Positions 45,546-55,511 of a stretch of 63,449 bases of DNA are shown here, piece by piece (position 1 is the first letter of the stretch; each line of letters starts with the position of its first letter). The notes under the pieces are model-generated. The model was not told the origin of the DNA. It saw only the letters and a program-made list of their open reading frames with translations, and made no database searches. The stretch covers positions 1-63,449 of the forward strand of contig JAJXVT010000004.1 of assembly GCA_021781995.1 (NCBI GenBank). Direction: 5' to 3'. This DNA comes from a bacterium. Lineage in GTDB: Bacteria; Chlamydiota; Chlamydiia; Chlamydiales; SM23-39. The position numbers and the translations under genes are program-made.

Positions 45546-48500
45546 CTACTCGACAAACTCTGTGCGGATATCCAGGCAAAGCCCCTGCATTTCCTTCACA
45601 AGCACGTTAAACGACTCTGGCGTTCCTGCCACGAGTGTGTTTTCACCTTTGACAATCGACTCATAGATTCTAGTTCTTCCGGCGACGTCATCCGACTTAA
45701 CGGTGAGCATCTCCTGGAGAAGGTGAGCAGCTCCATATGCTTCAAGCGCCCATACCTCCATCTCCCCGAACCTCTGACCGCCCATCTGCGCTTTACCGCC
45801 GAGCGGCTGCTGCGTAACGAGCGAATACGGTCCAATTGAACGAGCGTGGATCTTATCAGCTACCAAGTGGCTCAATTTCAACATGTAGATGTATCCGACG
45901 ACAACACGGTTGTCAAAACGCTCTCCGGTACGGCCATCATACAAATAGGTTTTGCCATCGAGGAACATGGTTTGATCCTTCATCATCTCCCAAATCTTCG
46001 ACTCAGGGAAGCCTTCAAACACTGGGCTCTTAACATAGATACCTGCTTGTTTAGCAGCATATCCGAGGTGTGTTTCAAGAAGCTGTCCCATGTTCATACG
46101 AGACGGTACGCCGAGCGGGTTCAGAATAATTTCGATCGGCTGTCCATTTGGCAGATAAGGCATATCTGCTACAGGTACCAAATTCGAAACCACCCCTTTG
46201 TTACCGTGGCGGCCGGCCATTTTATCGCCCACTTGCAATTTACGTTTCGTTGCGACATAGACTTTTACTTGACGGATGACACCCGGGTCGAGATCGGTAT
46301 CGCCTTTGCGCATAAACTCGATCTCAGTTTTATATTGGTTCTGCAATGACTGCAGGGCCATTTCAAACTCGCGCAAGGTTTTCTTCAGCTCGACATAGAT
46401 ATCTTTGTCGGCCATTAAAAGATCTTCCGCTTTCTCCCCTTCTAGCGTCTCAATCATCTCTTGAGAAATCACCGCACCTTCCTCTACGATCATTTCACCT
46501 GTTTTGCGGTGCATGATTGGAGCCGGAGCTTTTTCATTCATCAAGAGCGCGCCCAATTTTTCATGGAACTCTAGTTGCAGTTCCCCTTCTTTCGTGCGAT
46601 ATTCGCTGTGGATGTCCTTGATGCGGCTCGCTTCTTCAACCAATTCATCATCGGTTTTAGACAGACGATCTCTTCGCGAAAAGACTTTTACATCCATCAC
46701 GACCCCTTCTGTACCAGGCGGCGCAGTAAGAGAAGCATCTTTTACATCTGCAGCTTTTTCGCCGAAAATTGCCCGCAGCAATCTCTCTTCCGGAGACAAC
46801 TCGGTCTCAGATTTAGGAGTGATTTTTCCTACAAGGATTTTGCCGGGTTCAACTGTTGCGCCAACGCGGATGATTCCGTCATCGCCCAAGTCTTTCAACT
46901 GCTCTTCCGATACGTTTGGAATATCTTTTGTGATCTCTTCTTTTCCAAGTTTCGTGTCGCGAGCGGTTAACTCAAACTCTTCGAGATACAAGGAAGTAAA
47001 ATAATCCTTCTTGATCAACTCGTTAGAAATGATGATCGCATCTTCGTAGTTGTAACCGAGCCATGGCATGAAAGCGACAAGTACGTTTTTCCCAAGCGCA
47101 ATCTCCCCTTTATCGGTGGCGGAACCGTCAGCCAGAATGTCTCCGGGCTTCACTACAACTCCGACATTGCAAAGCGGGGTTTGGTTAATGCAGGTTCCGC
47201 TGTTTGAACGGAGAAATTTTTTCAGCGTATAAGTGTGTTTGTTCAACGGGTTGTCTTTTGGAGCAACGACGATTTTAAAGCCGTCTACATACTCCACTAC
47301 TCCGTGTTCTGTACACACAATTACCGCGCCCGAGTCTGCCGCAGCGCGAGCCTCAAGACCTGTACCCACATAGGGGGCATCGGTAATGAGAAGGGGCACT
47401 GCTTGACGCTGCATGTTCGAACCCATGAGCGCTCGGTTAGCATCGTCGTGTTCGAGGAATGGGATCAAACCGGCGACGATCGACACGAGTTGTTTGGACG
47501 AAACGTCCATGTGCGTGATCTTCGCAGTTTCGATTTCCATTGGCTCGCCGGCTTTGTGCGCCCAGCAAAGGTGTTCGCTGAACATGCCGTAATTGTCAAG
47601 CGGAGTCGACGCTTGCGTAATGATATGATGGGTCTCTTGATCGGCAGTCATATACTCGATTTCTTCGGTAACAACGCCTTCTCTAACCATTCTATATGGA
47701 GTTTCAATAAATCCAAACTCGTTGATTTTCGCATAGGTTGAAAGCGAAGTAATCAAACCGATGTTCGGACCTTCGGGTGTTTCAATCGGGCAAATACGTC
47801 CATAGTGAGATGGGTGAACGTCGCGGACTTCAAAACCAGCTCTTTCGCGATTTAAGCCGCCAGGCCCTAAGCAAGAAAGTCGACGTTTGTGCGTCAGCTC
47901 AGATACCGGATTGGTCTGATCCATAAACTGAGAGAGCTGAGATCTTCCAAAGAAATCTTTCAGAACTCCCGCTAGTCCTTTAGCAGAGACAATTTTACCA
48001 GGAGTCATCGTATCGGATGAGAAATCAAATAAATTCATTCTCTCCTTAATGATTTTCTCCATACGAGCTAATCCGATGCGGCACTGATTTTGCACCAGCT
48101 CGCCTACAGATCGCACACGGCGGTTTCCAAGGTGATCGATATCATCGACAAATGCGTGCTCATCGCCCATTTTCAGACGTACTAAATATTTTAGAGCTTC
48201 AATGACGTCTTCTTTCTTGAGTGTTACGACATTGAGGTCTTCATCTGAAGTTCCCAAGCCTAACTTTCTATTGAGTTTATAGCGACCAACGCGGCCAAGA
48301 TTATAACGTTTTGGGTCGAAGAACAGACGCATAATCGCTGAACGGGCATTGGATAATGTGGGTGGTTCGCCCGGGCGGATTTTGCGATAGAAGTCTTTTA
48401 AAGCAGATTCATACGAATCGGTTGTATCTTTACCGAGCATTTTAATAATCGTATGCGTCTCATCAGCTTCTTCCGCAACGCGAATCGCTTGAATTCCTTC

Positions 48501-49304
48501 ATCGACCATGCGTTTAAGCATCGCTGTAGTGAGTTTTTCGCCTGCTTTACCAAACACCAAGCCGGTCTGCTCGTCGACGACGTCTTCAGCTAGAATCTTA
48601 CCTGTGAGTTTGACAAAATCTTTTTCCGATTTGATTTTGACTTTGACTGTCTCAAAGAATTCTTCAATGATATCTGCGTCTGAAGAATAACCTAGAGTAC
48701 GGACAAACGTTGTGGCCAAAATCTTACGGCGCCGTTTTTTACGGTCGATATAGATGTAAACTAAATCATTATTGTCAAAGGATGCCTCGAGCCAGCTTCC
48801 GCGATATGGAATCATGCGGAACGAATAAAGCATAGTTCCTTTCGGATGGCGCTCTTGTTCAAAAGAAATGCCGGGTGAGCGGTGGAGTTGGGAAACGATG
48901 ACTCGCTCAGCTCCGTTGACGATGAAGGTCCCTTTGTCAGTCATGACAGGGATAGTCCCCATATACACTTCTTCTTCTTTAATCCCCGTCTCATCAGTCA
49001 AACGGAATTTCACTTTCAACGTTACGTTGTATGTGATTCCTCGACGAATGCATTCTTCGGGAGAATATTTGGGAACGCCCAGATTATAAGATAAAAATTC
49101 GAGAATAGTCTTCTCGTCGTACGATTTAATCGGGAAAATTTCGGTGAAAACCTCTTGTAGGCCTACATTTTCGCGCTCATGGGGCAAAAGATGGGATTGG
49201 AGGAACTGATTGTACGATTTAATCTGAATTTCAATCAGGTTTGGAAGATCAATGATCTCTTCCCGTTCACGAAAACTCACCCGTTTAGGCGGCTTTTTTA
49301 GCAT
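45546..49304 (-). CDS. rpoB: DNA-directed RNA polymerase subunit beta
   Basis: [31 protein letters not shown]..., [31 protein letters not shown] 49304 is preferred over the track's TTG 49316. Confidence 0.98.
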   Translation of the reverse strand: MLKKPPKRVSFREREEIIDLPNLIEIQIKSYNQFLQSHLLPHERENVGLQEVFTEIFPIKSYDEKTILEFLSYNLGVPKYSPEECIRRGITYNVTLKVKFRLTDETGIKEEEVYMGTIPVMTDKGTFIVNGAERVIVSQLHRSPGISFEQERHPKGTMLYSFRMIPYRGSWLEASFDNNDLVYIYIDRKKRRRKILATTFVRTLGYSSDADIIEEFFETVKVKIKSEKDFVKLTGKILAEDVVDEQTGLVFGKAGEKLTTAMLKRMVDEGIQAIRVAEEADETHTIIKMLGKDTTDSYESALKDFYRKIRPGEPPTLSNARSAIMRLFFDPKRYNLGRVGRYKLNRKLGLGTSDEDLNVVTLKKEDVIEALKYLVRLKMGDEHAFVDDIDHLGNRRVRSVGELVQNQCRIGLARMEKIIKERMNLFDFSSDTMTPGKIVSAKGLAGVLKDFFGRSQLSQFMDQTNPVSELTHKRRLSCLGPGGLNRERAGFEVRDVHPSHYGRICPIETPEGPNIGLITSLSTYAKINEFGFIETPYRMVREGVVTEEIEYMTADQETHHIITQASTPLDNYGMFSEHLCWAHKAGEPMEIETAKITHMDVSSKQLVSIVAGLIPFLEHDDANRALMGSNMQRQAVPLLITDAPYVGTGLEARAAADSGAVIVCTEHGVVEYVDGFKIVVAPKDNPLNKHTYTLKKFLRSNSGTCINQTPLCNVGVVVKPGDILADGSATDKGEIALGKNVLVAFMPWLGYNYEDAIIISNELIKKDYFTSLYLEEFELTARDTKLGKEEITKDIPNVSEEQLKDLGDDGIIRVGATVEPGKILVGKITPKSETELSPEERLLRAIFGEKAADVKDASLTAPPGTEGVVMDVKVFSRRDRLSKTDDELVEEASRIKDIHSEYRTKEGELQLEFHEKLGALLMNEKAPAPIMHRKTGEMIVEEGAVISQEMIETLEGEKAEDLLMADKDIYVELKKTLREFEMALQSLQNQYKTEIEFMRKGDTDLDPGVIRQVKVYVATKRKLQVGDKMAGRHGNKGVVSNLVPVADMPYLPNGQPIEIILNPLGVPSRMNMGQLLETHLGYAAKQAGIYVKSPVFEGFPESKIWEMMKDQTMFLDGKTYLYDGRTGERFDNRVVVGYIYMLKLSHLVADKIHARSIGPYSLVTQQPLGGKAQMGGQRFGEMEVWALEAYGAAHLLQEMLTVKSDDVAGRTRIYESIVKGENTLVAGTPESFNVLVKEMQGLCLDIRTEFVE

Positions 49305-49347
49305 GGGCAACTCCAACAGCAGTATTTACACGAGCTTTAGCGCTCAC

Positions 49348-49386
49348 AAAAAAACAAATAGGCAGAAGTCACCTGAGGTGACCTCT
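49348..49386 (-). promoter_or_regulatory. Candidate attenuator/partial terminator in the rplL-rpoB spacer
   Basis: Minus strand AGAGGTCACC-tca-GGTGACTTCT (10 bp, one G-U) followed by GCCTATTTGTTTTTTT. The position matches the known rplL-rpoB attenuator of other bacteria. Confidence 0.4.
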
Positions 49387-49419
49387 GCGCTATTAACAGT
49401 AGCAAAAACACAAAAAATG

Positions 49420-49806
49420 TTACAGGCCTTTTAAGGTGACTTTCGCACCGGCTGCTGTAAGCTTTTTCTGGATCTCTTCGGCTTCTGCCTTTGGAGCAGA
49501 TGCTTTGAGCTCTTTTGGAGCTCCTTCGACGATATCCTTCGCTTCTTTCAATCCGAGACCTGTTACTTCGCGGACAGCTTTGATGATGCCGATTTTCTTG
49601 TCATCAGGTACTGGTCCCTCGAGGGTAACTTTGAAATCTGTTGAATCAGAAGCTGCCGGAGCTGCGGCAGCGGCTCCTGCTGCAGGTGCTGCTGCAACTG
49701 CTGCAGTAACGCCCCATTTCGCTTCTAGTTTTTCTTTGAGTTTAGCCATATCAAGTACAGAAAGCTGGCTCAGCTTTTCTACTAAATCATCTAGTTGTTG
49801 ACTCAT
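49420..49806 (-). CDS. rplL: 50S ribosomal protein L7/L12
   Basis: [33 protein letters not shown], Ala-rich hinge, [27 protein letters not shown] before ATG 49806. Confidence 0.95.
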   Translation of the reverse strand: MSQQLDDLVEKLSQLSVLDMAKLKEKLEAKWGVTAAVAAAPAAGAAAAAPAASDSTDFKVTLEGPVPDDKKIGIIKAVREVTGLGLKEAKDIVEGAPKELKASAPKAEAEEIQKKLTAAGAKVTLKGL

Positions 49807-49828
49807 TTTATTTCTCTCCAAATCTTTT

Positions 49829-50335
49829 TTATGTTGTTTGCTCTGTTTCCTTCAGCGGTCCTGCCATCGCGGCTTCCATAACAGAAAGCGTAAGCGACAT
49901 TGGCGCCACGAAGAGGCCTATCAATTGAGCTCTCATTTCGTTGAAGCTTGGGAGTTTCGACAGCACAACAATTTCTGCGCCGGGAACTACTTTACCTTCA
50001 ATTTTTCCGCAAAGGACTTCAAGCAGTTGACCGTTTTCTTCTGAAAAGGTCACCAAAGCTTTTGCCGGGGCTAGCGCGTCTTCTTGATTGATGAATACAA
50101 TGCCGATGTGGCCACCGAGCAAAGATTCGTCAAACTGAACGCCGGAGTTTTCTGCGGCTTTCAAAAATACGCGTTTACGCACTACTTCAAACAAACTGCC
50201 ATTTTTTGCCAGTCTGCTTCTGAGTACCCACGAACCGTTCGGGGGAAGTTTCTCATATCGAGTGACGATCATTGATGTAGATCCTTCGATCTTGTCTTTG
50301 ATCTCATTTAGAAGCAATTGCTTTTCATCTCTCAT
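49829..50335 (-). CDS. rplJ: 50S ribosomal protein L10
   Basis: Position between rplA and rpl[31 protein letters not shown]...LRSRLAKNG is an L10-type N-terminus. Confidence 0.93.
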   Translation of the reverse strand: MRDEKQLLLNEIKDKIEGSTSMIVTRYEKLPPNGSWVLRSRLAKNGSLFEVVRKRVFLKAAENSGVQFDESLLGGHIGIVFINQEDALAPAKALVTFSEENGQLLEVLCGKIEGKVVPGAEIVVLSKLPSFNEMRAQLIGLFVAPMSLTLSVMEAAMAGPLKETEQTT

Positions 50336-50347
50336 GAACTTCTCTCC

Positions 50348-51046
50348 TTATCCGGCTGCAAATTGAGACAAATCAATTTTCAATCCAGGACCCATCGTTG
50401 TCGAAAGGTACATCGAACGGAGGAATACACCTTTTGCGCTCGAAGGTTTCGCACGGTTAATCGCCTGCAGAAGAGTTCTTATGTTTTCTGCGAGATTAAT
50501 GGGTTGGAAGGAAACCTTGCCAACAGCATTATTAATGTTGCCGGTTTTATCGACTTTGAACTCGATTTTACCGCCTTTAGATTCCTTCACTGCTTTAGCG
50601 ACATCAGTCGTAACAGTTCCAGCTTTAGGCGTTGGCATCAAACCGCGAGGTCCGAGCACTTTACCGAGTTTGCCGAGTTCCCGCATCATATCAGGGGTTG
50701 CAACTAACACAGTGAAGTCAGTCCATCCGCCCTTGATCTTCTCGAGAAGATCATCAGCGCCAACAAACTCTGCTCCAGCGTCTTGTGCTTCTTTAGCTTT
50801 ATCCCCTTTTGCGATCACGCAAACGGTGATTTTTTGACCTGTCCCGTGCGGGAGAGAGACAGTGCCGCGCACTTGCTGATCCGATTTTTTCGGATCGATA
50901 CCAACGCGCAACGCTACGTTGACCGATTGGTCGAACTTAACGGGCGGCATTTGCTTAAGCAAGTCGCAAGCTTCATCGAGTTTGTAAATCTTTGTTGGAT
51001 CGATTAATTTATCGATCTCTTTCATTCTTTTCGAACGTTTTGCCAT
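50348..51046 (-). CDS. rplA: 50S ribosomal protein L1
   Basis: [54 protein letters not shown]. Confidence 0.97.
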   Translation of the reverse strand: MAKRSKRMKEIDKLIDPTKIYKLDEACDLLKQMPPVKFDQSVNVALRVGIDPKKSDQQVRGTVSLPHGTGQKITVCVIAKGDKAKEAQDAGAEFVGADDLLEKIKGGWTDFTVLVATPDMMRELGKLGKVLGPRGLMPTPKAGTVTTDVAKAVKESKGGKIEFKVDKTGNINNAVGKVSFQPINLAENIRTLLQAINRAKPSSAKGVFLRSMYLSTTMGPGLKIDLSQFAAG

Positions 51047-51049
51047 CGA

Positions 51050-51478
51050 TTACCCCTCCACGATGTCGACGCCCATGGAACGCGCAGTTCCCATGACCAT
51101 CATTAAAGCCGCTTCATCGGATGCAATCCGCATATCTTCAACTTTACGTTTCGCAATTTTGCTAACCTGAGTCTTGGTCAATTTACCGACCTTGTCTCGG
51201 TTTGGGATCTTCGATCCAGACTCTATTCCCAATTCCTTGAGGATGAGTCGTGATACAGGAGGTTGTTTCGTGATGAACGAAAACGACTTATCTGCATAAA
51301 TGGAAATAACTACAGGGAGCAGTTCTCCTACTTTATCCTGAGTTTTCGCATTGAATTCTTTGCAGAACGCCATAATGTTAATCCCGGCCGGTCCAAGGGC
51401 TGTACCCACTGGTGGCGCTGGATTGGCTTTTCCTGCCTGAATCTGCAGCTTAATTGTTTTAACGAGTTTTTTTGCCAT
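51050..51478 (-). CDS. rplK: 50S ribosomal protein L11
   Basis: [38 protein letters not shown]. Confidence 0.97.
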   Translation of the reverse strand: MAKKLVKTIKLQIQAGKANPAPPVGTALGPAGINIMAFCKEFNAKTQDKVGELLPVVISIYADKSFSFITKQPPVSRLILKELGIESGSKIPNRDKVGKLTKTQVSKIAKRKVEDMRIASDEAALMMVMGTARSMGVDIVEG

Positions 51479-51497
51479 TTTTTTCCTTTGAGTCTGC

Positions 51498-51517
51498 GAA
51501 CGGAGTTACCTCCGTTC
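51498..51517 (-). promoter_or_regulatory. Stem-loop in the rplK leader (candidate ribosomal-protein autoregulatory element or RNA-processing site)
   Basis: Minus strand GAACGGAG-GUAA-CUCCGUUC: 8-bp perfect stem with a GNRA-type tetraloop, 19 nt upstream of the rplK ATG. No T-tract. Confidence 0.3.
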
Positions 51518-51536
51518 TCCTCATTCAATCCAGTTA

Positions 51537-52082
51537 TTAACTGGCGTTCTCGCCAATCGATTGCTCGACTTGCCAGAACTCGAGATCGTCTACGCGTGTA
51601 TCTCGACCAAAGATCGAGACCGTGACGCTGAGACGTCCCTTTTCGTGGTTGACTTCGGTCACAGTACCGACGAAGTTTATAAAAACCCCATCTGTAATCT
51701 TGACGCGATCGCCAACATCGACTTTGTGCTTTTGGACAATCCCTTTCTGACGGTCCTCTAGCTCTTGCATCATATTGCTTACTTCTTTATCCGTAAGCGG
51801 GGCTGGCGTTTCGCCGCCCAAGAAATCGATAACACCAGGAACGTTTTTCACAAACGCCCACGAATCATCGTTCAAATCCATTTTTACAAGTAAATAGCCC
51901 GGCCACATTCTCTTTTCAGAGATGCGCTGCTGGCCTCGTTTGACTTCAGAGACATTTTCTGTCGGCATCAAGATATCGGTGACTTGCTCAGACATTCCTT
52001 TAGACTGAACCGCCTCTTCCAAGGTCTTTTTCACCTTTTTTTCATGTCCTGATATTACTTGAACAACAAACCACTTATGCAT
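51537..52082 (-). CDS. nusG: Transcription termination/antitermination factor NusG
   Basis: MHKWFVVQVISGHEKKV (NGN domain) and a C-terminal KOW GDRVKITDGVFINFVGTVTEV. AGGAGA SD 9 nt before ATG 52082. Confidence 0.95.
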   Translation of the reverse strand: MHKWFVVQVISGHEKKVKKTLEEAVQSKGMSEQVTDILMPTENVSEVKRGQQRISEKRMWPGYLLVKMDLNDDSWAFVKNVPGVIDFLGGETPAPLTDKEVSNMMQELEDRQKGIVQKHKVDVGDRVKITDGVFINFVGTVTEVNHEKGRLSVTVSIFGRDTRVDDLEFWQVEQSIGENAS

Positions 52083-52094
52083 TTCCACTTTCTC

Positions 52095-52313
52095 CTAACC
52101 AAATATCAGGCGCGCTACATAGGCGATCAAATCAATCCCGTGGCGTACTGCCAAGTCTGTGAAGTAGATCGCAAAACCGAAGAAAAAGGTAGCCATAATG
52201 ACCGCTTTTGTTGAGAAAATCAGTTCCTCTTTTGTCGTCCAAGTCACTTTCTTTAGTTCGTTTTGCACTTCTCTAAAGTAGGAAACTTTTTTCTGTTCGG
52301 CAATGGCTGTCAT
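52095..52313 (-). CDS. secE: Preprotein translocase subunit SecE
   Basis: 72 aa. FREVQNELKKVTWTTKEEL followed by a single TM helix. Canonical position between tRNA-Trp and nusG. Confidence 0.85.
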   Translation of the reverse strand: MTAIAEQKKVSYFREVQNELKKVTWTTKEELIFSTKAVIMATFFFGFAIYFTDLAVRHGIDLIAYVARLIFG

Positions 52314-52334
52314 TGTTTCTCCTTATCTCTACTA

Positions 52335-52407
52335 CGAGTGCGGAGGGACTCGAACCCCCGACCAGCGACTTTGGAGATCGCTGCTCTACCAACTGAGCTA
52401 CACACCC
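52335..52407 (-). tRNA. trnW: tRNA-Trp (anticodon CCA)
   Basis: Folded by hand: GGGTGTG-TA-GCTC-AGTTGGTA-GAGC-A-GCGAT-CTCCAAA-GTCGC-TGGTC-GGGGG-TTCGAGT-CCCTC-CGCACTC-G. 73 nt, CCA not encoded. Confidence 0.9.
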
Positions 52408-52452
52408 ACAAAAAGGGTCCTGCAATCAAGAGGACCCTTTACAGAACTAAAA

Positions 52453-53637
52453 TTACTTAATAATTTTAGATACAGTACCGGCGCCGATCGTACGACCGCC
52501 TTCGCGAATCGCAAATCTCATACCTTCTTCCATCGCAATTGGGTGAATCAATTCAGCTTCCAATTCGATGTTATCGCCAGGCATAACCATCTCTACACCA
52601 GCAGGGAGAGTAACAGTACCTGTTACGTCCGTTGTGCGGAAATAGAATTGTGGGCGATACCCGGTGAAAAATGGCTTATGACGTCCACCTTCATCTTTGT
52701 TGAGGATGTAGATAGTCCCTTTGAATTTTGTATGCGGTGTGCATGTTCCTGGAGCTGCCAAGACCATTCCGCGCTCAACGTCTTTCTTGTCGATGCTTCG
52801 GAGCAATGCGCCTACGTTTTCGCCAGCGAGAGCTTCATCGAGAATTTTGTTGAACATTTCAAGACCAGTTGCAACGGTGTCTCGTGTTTCGCGGATACCA
52901 ACGATTTGAATTTTATCGTTCACACGGATACGACCTCGTTCAACACGACCTGTAACCACAGTACCGCGTCCGGAGATCGAGAACACGTCTTCGATTGGCA
53001 TCAAGAATGGTTTGTCAATTTCGCGAGCAGGTGTTGGGATTTTTTCATCCACTGTTTCCATCAACTTAACGATCGACTCAACATATTGAGCATCGCCTTC
53101 GAGAGCTTTCAAAGCTGAACCGCGGATGATCGGCACATCTTTGTAGCCTTTGGACTCGAGAAGTTCTGTCAATTCCATTTCGACGAGTTCAACCAATTCT
53201 TCGTCGCCTTTGCCAATCATGTCCATCTTGTTCAAGAAAACAACGATTGCAGGAACGCCTACTTGGCGAGCCAAGAGAATGTGCTCTTTTGTTTGAGGCA
53301 TTGGGCCGTCAGTCGCAGCAACCACGAGGATCGCGCCGTCCATCTGAGCAGCACCGGTAATCATGTTTTTGACATAGTCAGCGTGGCCGGGGCAGTCTAC
53401 GTGTGCATAGTGGCGCTTCGCTGTTTCATACTCTACGTGGGAAGCGTTGATCGTAATCCCGCGAGCTTTTTCTTCCGGGGTATTATCGATCGAAGCGTAA
53501 TCGCGGAATTTCGCGCCGCCTCTTTCAGCGAGCACTTTCGTGATCGCGGCTGTTAGAGTTGTCTTACCATGGTCAACGTGGCCGATGGTACCGATGTTAA
53601 TATGCGGTTTTTTTCTCTCAAAAGTTTCTTTTGCCAT
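52453..53637 (-). CDS. tuf: Elongation factor Tu
   Basis: [22 protein letters not shown], full-length 394 aa. Confidence 0.98.
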   Translation of the reverse strand: MAKETFERKKPHINIGTIGHVDHGKTTLTAAITKVLAERGGAKFRDYASIDNTPEEKARGITINASHVEYETAKRHYAHVDCPGHADYVKNMITGAAQMDGAILVVAATDGPMPQTKEHILLARQVGVPAIVVFLNKMDMIGKGDEELVELVEMELTELLESKGYKDVPIIRGSALKALEGDAQYVESIVKLMETVDEKIPTPAREIDKPFLMPIEDVFSISGRGTVVTGRVERGRIRVNDKIQIVGIRETRDTVATGLEMFNKILDEALAGENVGALLRSIDKKDVERGMVLAAPGTCTPHTKFKGTIYILNKDEGGRHKPFFTGYRPQFYFRTTDVTGTVTLPAGVEMVMPGDNIELEAELIHPIAMEEGMRFAIREGGRTIGAGTVSKIIK

Positions 53638-53676
53638 TTCAGTCTCCGTAAGGCTCTAAATTTTTCTTTTTTATCT

Positions 53677-53748
53677 TGCCCAAGATAGGAATTGAACCTA
53701 CGACCACATGCTTACCATGCATGTGCTCTACCACTGAGCTACCTGGGC
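53677..53748 (-). tRNA. trnT: tRNA-Thr (anticodon GGU)
   Basis: Folded by hand: GCCCAGG-TA-GCTC-AGTGGTA-GAGC-A-CATGC-ATGGTAA-GCATG-TGGTC-GTAGG-TTCAATT-CCTAT-CTTGGGC-A. 72 nt. Confidence 0.9.
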
Positions 53749-53767
53749 ATCCGTTCAAAAGCTTAAG

Positions 53768-53796
53768 ATGTTAAGCGGTTGAGGTAATAAAATCAA
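53768..53796 (-). promoter_or_regulatory. Promoter candidate for the tRNA-Thr/tuf transcription unit
   Basis: Minus strand TTGATT, 17-nt spacer, TAACAT, ending about 20 nt before the tRNA 5' end. Confidence 0.3.
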
Positions 53797-53813
53797 TCCC
53801 AAAAACCAACAAT

Positions 53814-54032
53814 TTACTTTTGGCGGTATACAATCCGCGCTTTGGTTAGGTCATAGGGAGACATCTCCACTGTGACAGTATCTCCGGCATACACCCGAAT
53901 GTTGCGCATCCTCATTTTACCGCAGAGGTGAGCAATAACGCGCATTCCGTTCTCCAGGACTACGCTAAAATTCATGTTAGGCAGAAGTTCTTCAACCTTG
54001 CCCTCCATCTTAATAGTTTCTTCTTTTGCCAT
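53814..54032 (-). CDS. infA: Translation initiation factor IF-1
   Basis: [70 protein letters not shown]. Confidence 0.97.
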   Translation of the reverse strand: MAKEETIKMEGKVEELLPNMNFSVVLENGMRVIAHLCGKMRMRNIRVYAGDTVTVEMSPYDLTKARIVYRQK

Positions 54033-54126
54033 ATGGTTTTTTGATGGAAATGCCTCTTATGAAATCAGATTGCCCCTATAATTGTCAATCGATTTTAAAT
54101 TCCCGATCGGTTATCCTCTTCTGTAT

Positions 54127-54534
54127 ATGGAGCAAATTCACCTAGAAAAAATCACTCGCATCAAGGAAAAATTTTCCTCATTGCACACGCCGCAAGAGCG
54201 CTACACCTACTTAATCGAACTGGGCCGTGCGCTGCCCCCATTCCCAGACCACCTCAAAACGCCCGACAACCTTGTCGCCGGGTGTCAATCGCAGCTATTT
54301 CTTCATGCCAGCTGCGACAGCGGCCGCATGCATTTTCTGGGCCAATCCGATGCCCTTATCTCTGCGGGCCTTTGCGCACTTCTCCTCGAAGCTTACAATG
54401 ATTGCTCGCCGCAAACAGTTTTATTGAATCCACCTATTTTCCTCCAAGAAATCGGCATTTTTGCAGCCCTCTCCCCCACCCGTTCTAATGGGCTTGTGCA
54501 CATTTATCTAAAAATGAAGTTATTTACCCATTGA
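54127..54534 (+). CDS. sufE: SufE/CsdE-family sulfur acceptor protein
   Basis: RYTYLIELGRALPPFPDHLKTPDNLVAGCQSQLFL (persulfide Cys in the GCQS motif). Start moved to MEQIHLEK. Confidence 0.75.
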   Translation: MEQIHLEKITRIKEKFSSLHTPQERYTYLIELGRALPPFPDHLKTPDNLVAGCQSQLFLHASCDSGRMHFLGQSDALISAGLCALLLEAYNDCSPQTVLLNPPIFLQEIGIFAALSPTRSNGLVHIYLKMKLFTH

Positions 54535-54646
54535 GGCAAAGCAGTTTTGCAATATACCTCTTCAGTATACAATTTTTTTCAAGTTGAAGCTAGCTATCAA
54601 TAAATGGTATAATCTCAGCAAAAAGAGCCAATTATAAAGGCATAAC

Positions 54647-55438
54647 ATGGCTATAATCCCTACATTTTATACGCGTGAACATCCCCGTGTTACAATACCC
54701 GCGCTCAACCAAAAAGCGCTTTATTATTCTATCGCCTCGGTTGCATCTGCAGTAGCCGGCATCGCCATCCAAACATTTGTACTTGCGATCTATTTGGGGC
54801 TTACGCCGATTACCGCCTTACCTACCACTGTTTTTCTTGCATCTATAGCGGCAAGCTCACTACTGATTCAGCTATCTCAAAAAACACGCACGGCAGCTTT
54901 AACGTTGTATGCCAATGAGCAATTTGAACAAGTTGTTAACCAAATAGTTGAGAGAAGCGCAACAAGTTCGAGCTCTGAGATTAACGATCAACAACTTACA
55001 TGCCAGGCTCGGTTTTATGTTATCCAACAAAGTATCGATGCCCTACAGAAACAACTAACCCACTTACAACAGATCGCACAAAGCCGATGTCCATCCAATG
55101 AGTACACACCTATCCAAGCCTTCAGAAAAGGACATGATTTACTGGAAACACAGATGCTGCGACTGCTATTACAACAAGCGATCTTAATACAGCATCAAAT
55201 AGATCCTTCAGAAAATCGTTTGCTAGATCAAATTGGCTCGATTCATCCAGAGCCGTGGGATGTGCGTTGGTTAGGTTTGAATACCAAACAATCTTCGCCT
55301 TATTTCCGTTTTCACAATTCCATGAATTTTATTGGCGCAGAACAATTATTATCAGAACACGGCTTGATGGATGCGGAACGCGTCCGGCAATTTTTATTTC
55401 CCAACAGTCCTTTCTCTAGTTCACATGAGCTGCCCTAA
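54647..55438 (+). CDS. Inc-like membrane protein candidate (bilobed hydrophobic domain plus coiled-coil)
   Basis: YYSIASVASAVAGIAIQTFVLAIYLGL-TPITALP-TTVFLASIAASSLLIQL, then a Gln-rich helical region QQSIDALQKQLTHLQQIAQS. Confidence 0.55.
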   Translation: MAIIPTFYTREHPRVTIPALNQKALYYSIASVASAVAGIAIQTFVLAIYLGLTPITALPTTVFLASIAASSLLIQLSQKTRTAALTLYANEQFEQVVNQIVERSATSSSSEINDQQLTCQARFYVIQQSIDALQKQLTHLQQIAQSRCPSNEYTPIQAFRKGHDLLETQMLRLLLQQAILIQHQIDPSENRLLDQIGSIHPEPWDVRWLGLNTKQSSPYFRFHNSMNFIGAEQLLSEHGLMDAERVRQFLFPNSPFSSSHELP

Positions 55439-55511
55439 AGGGTTGTCAAACAATGAACCCCTTTCGAAACTAGGTTCTCTCTAAAGAAGCAACTGCCTCG
55501 TTTGACAATCC

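Noticed and set aside
45225-45839. 204-aa plus-strand ORF across the rpoC/rpoB junction (and other antisense ORFs at 41808..42506, 45846..46349, 46504..47004, 47235..47741)
   Set aside because: All lie antisense within rpoB/rpoC, whose minus-strand frames are unambiguous. None has a recognisable motif.
52303-53118. 271-aa plus-strand ORF spanning tRNA-Trp and tuf
   Set aside because: It is antisense to EF-Tu and to a tRNA gene. This is a long-ORF artefact opposite a highly expressed, codon-biased gene.
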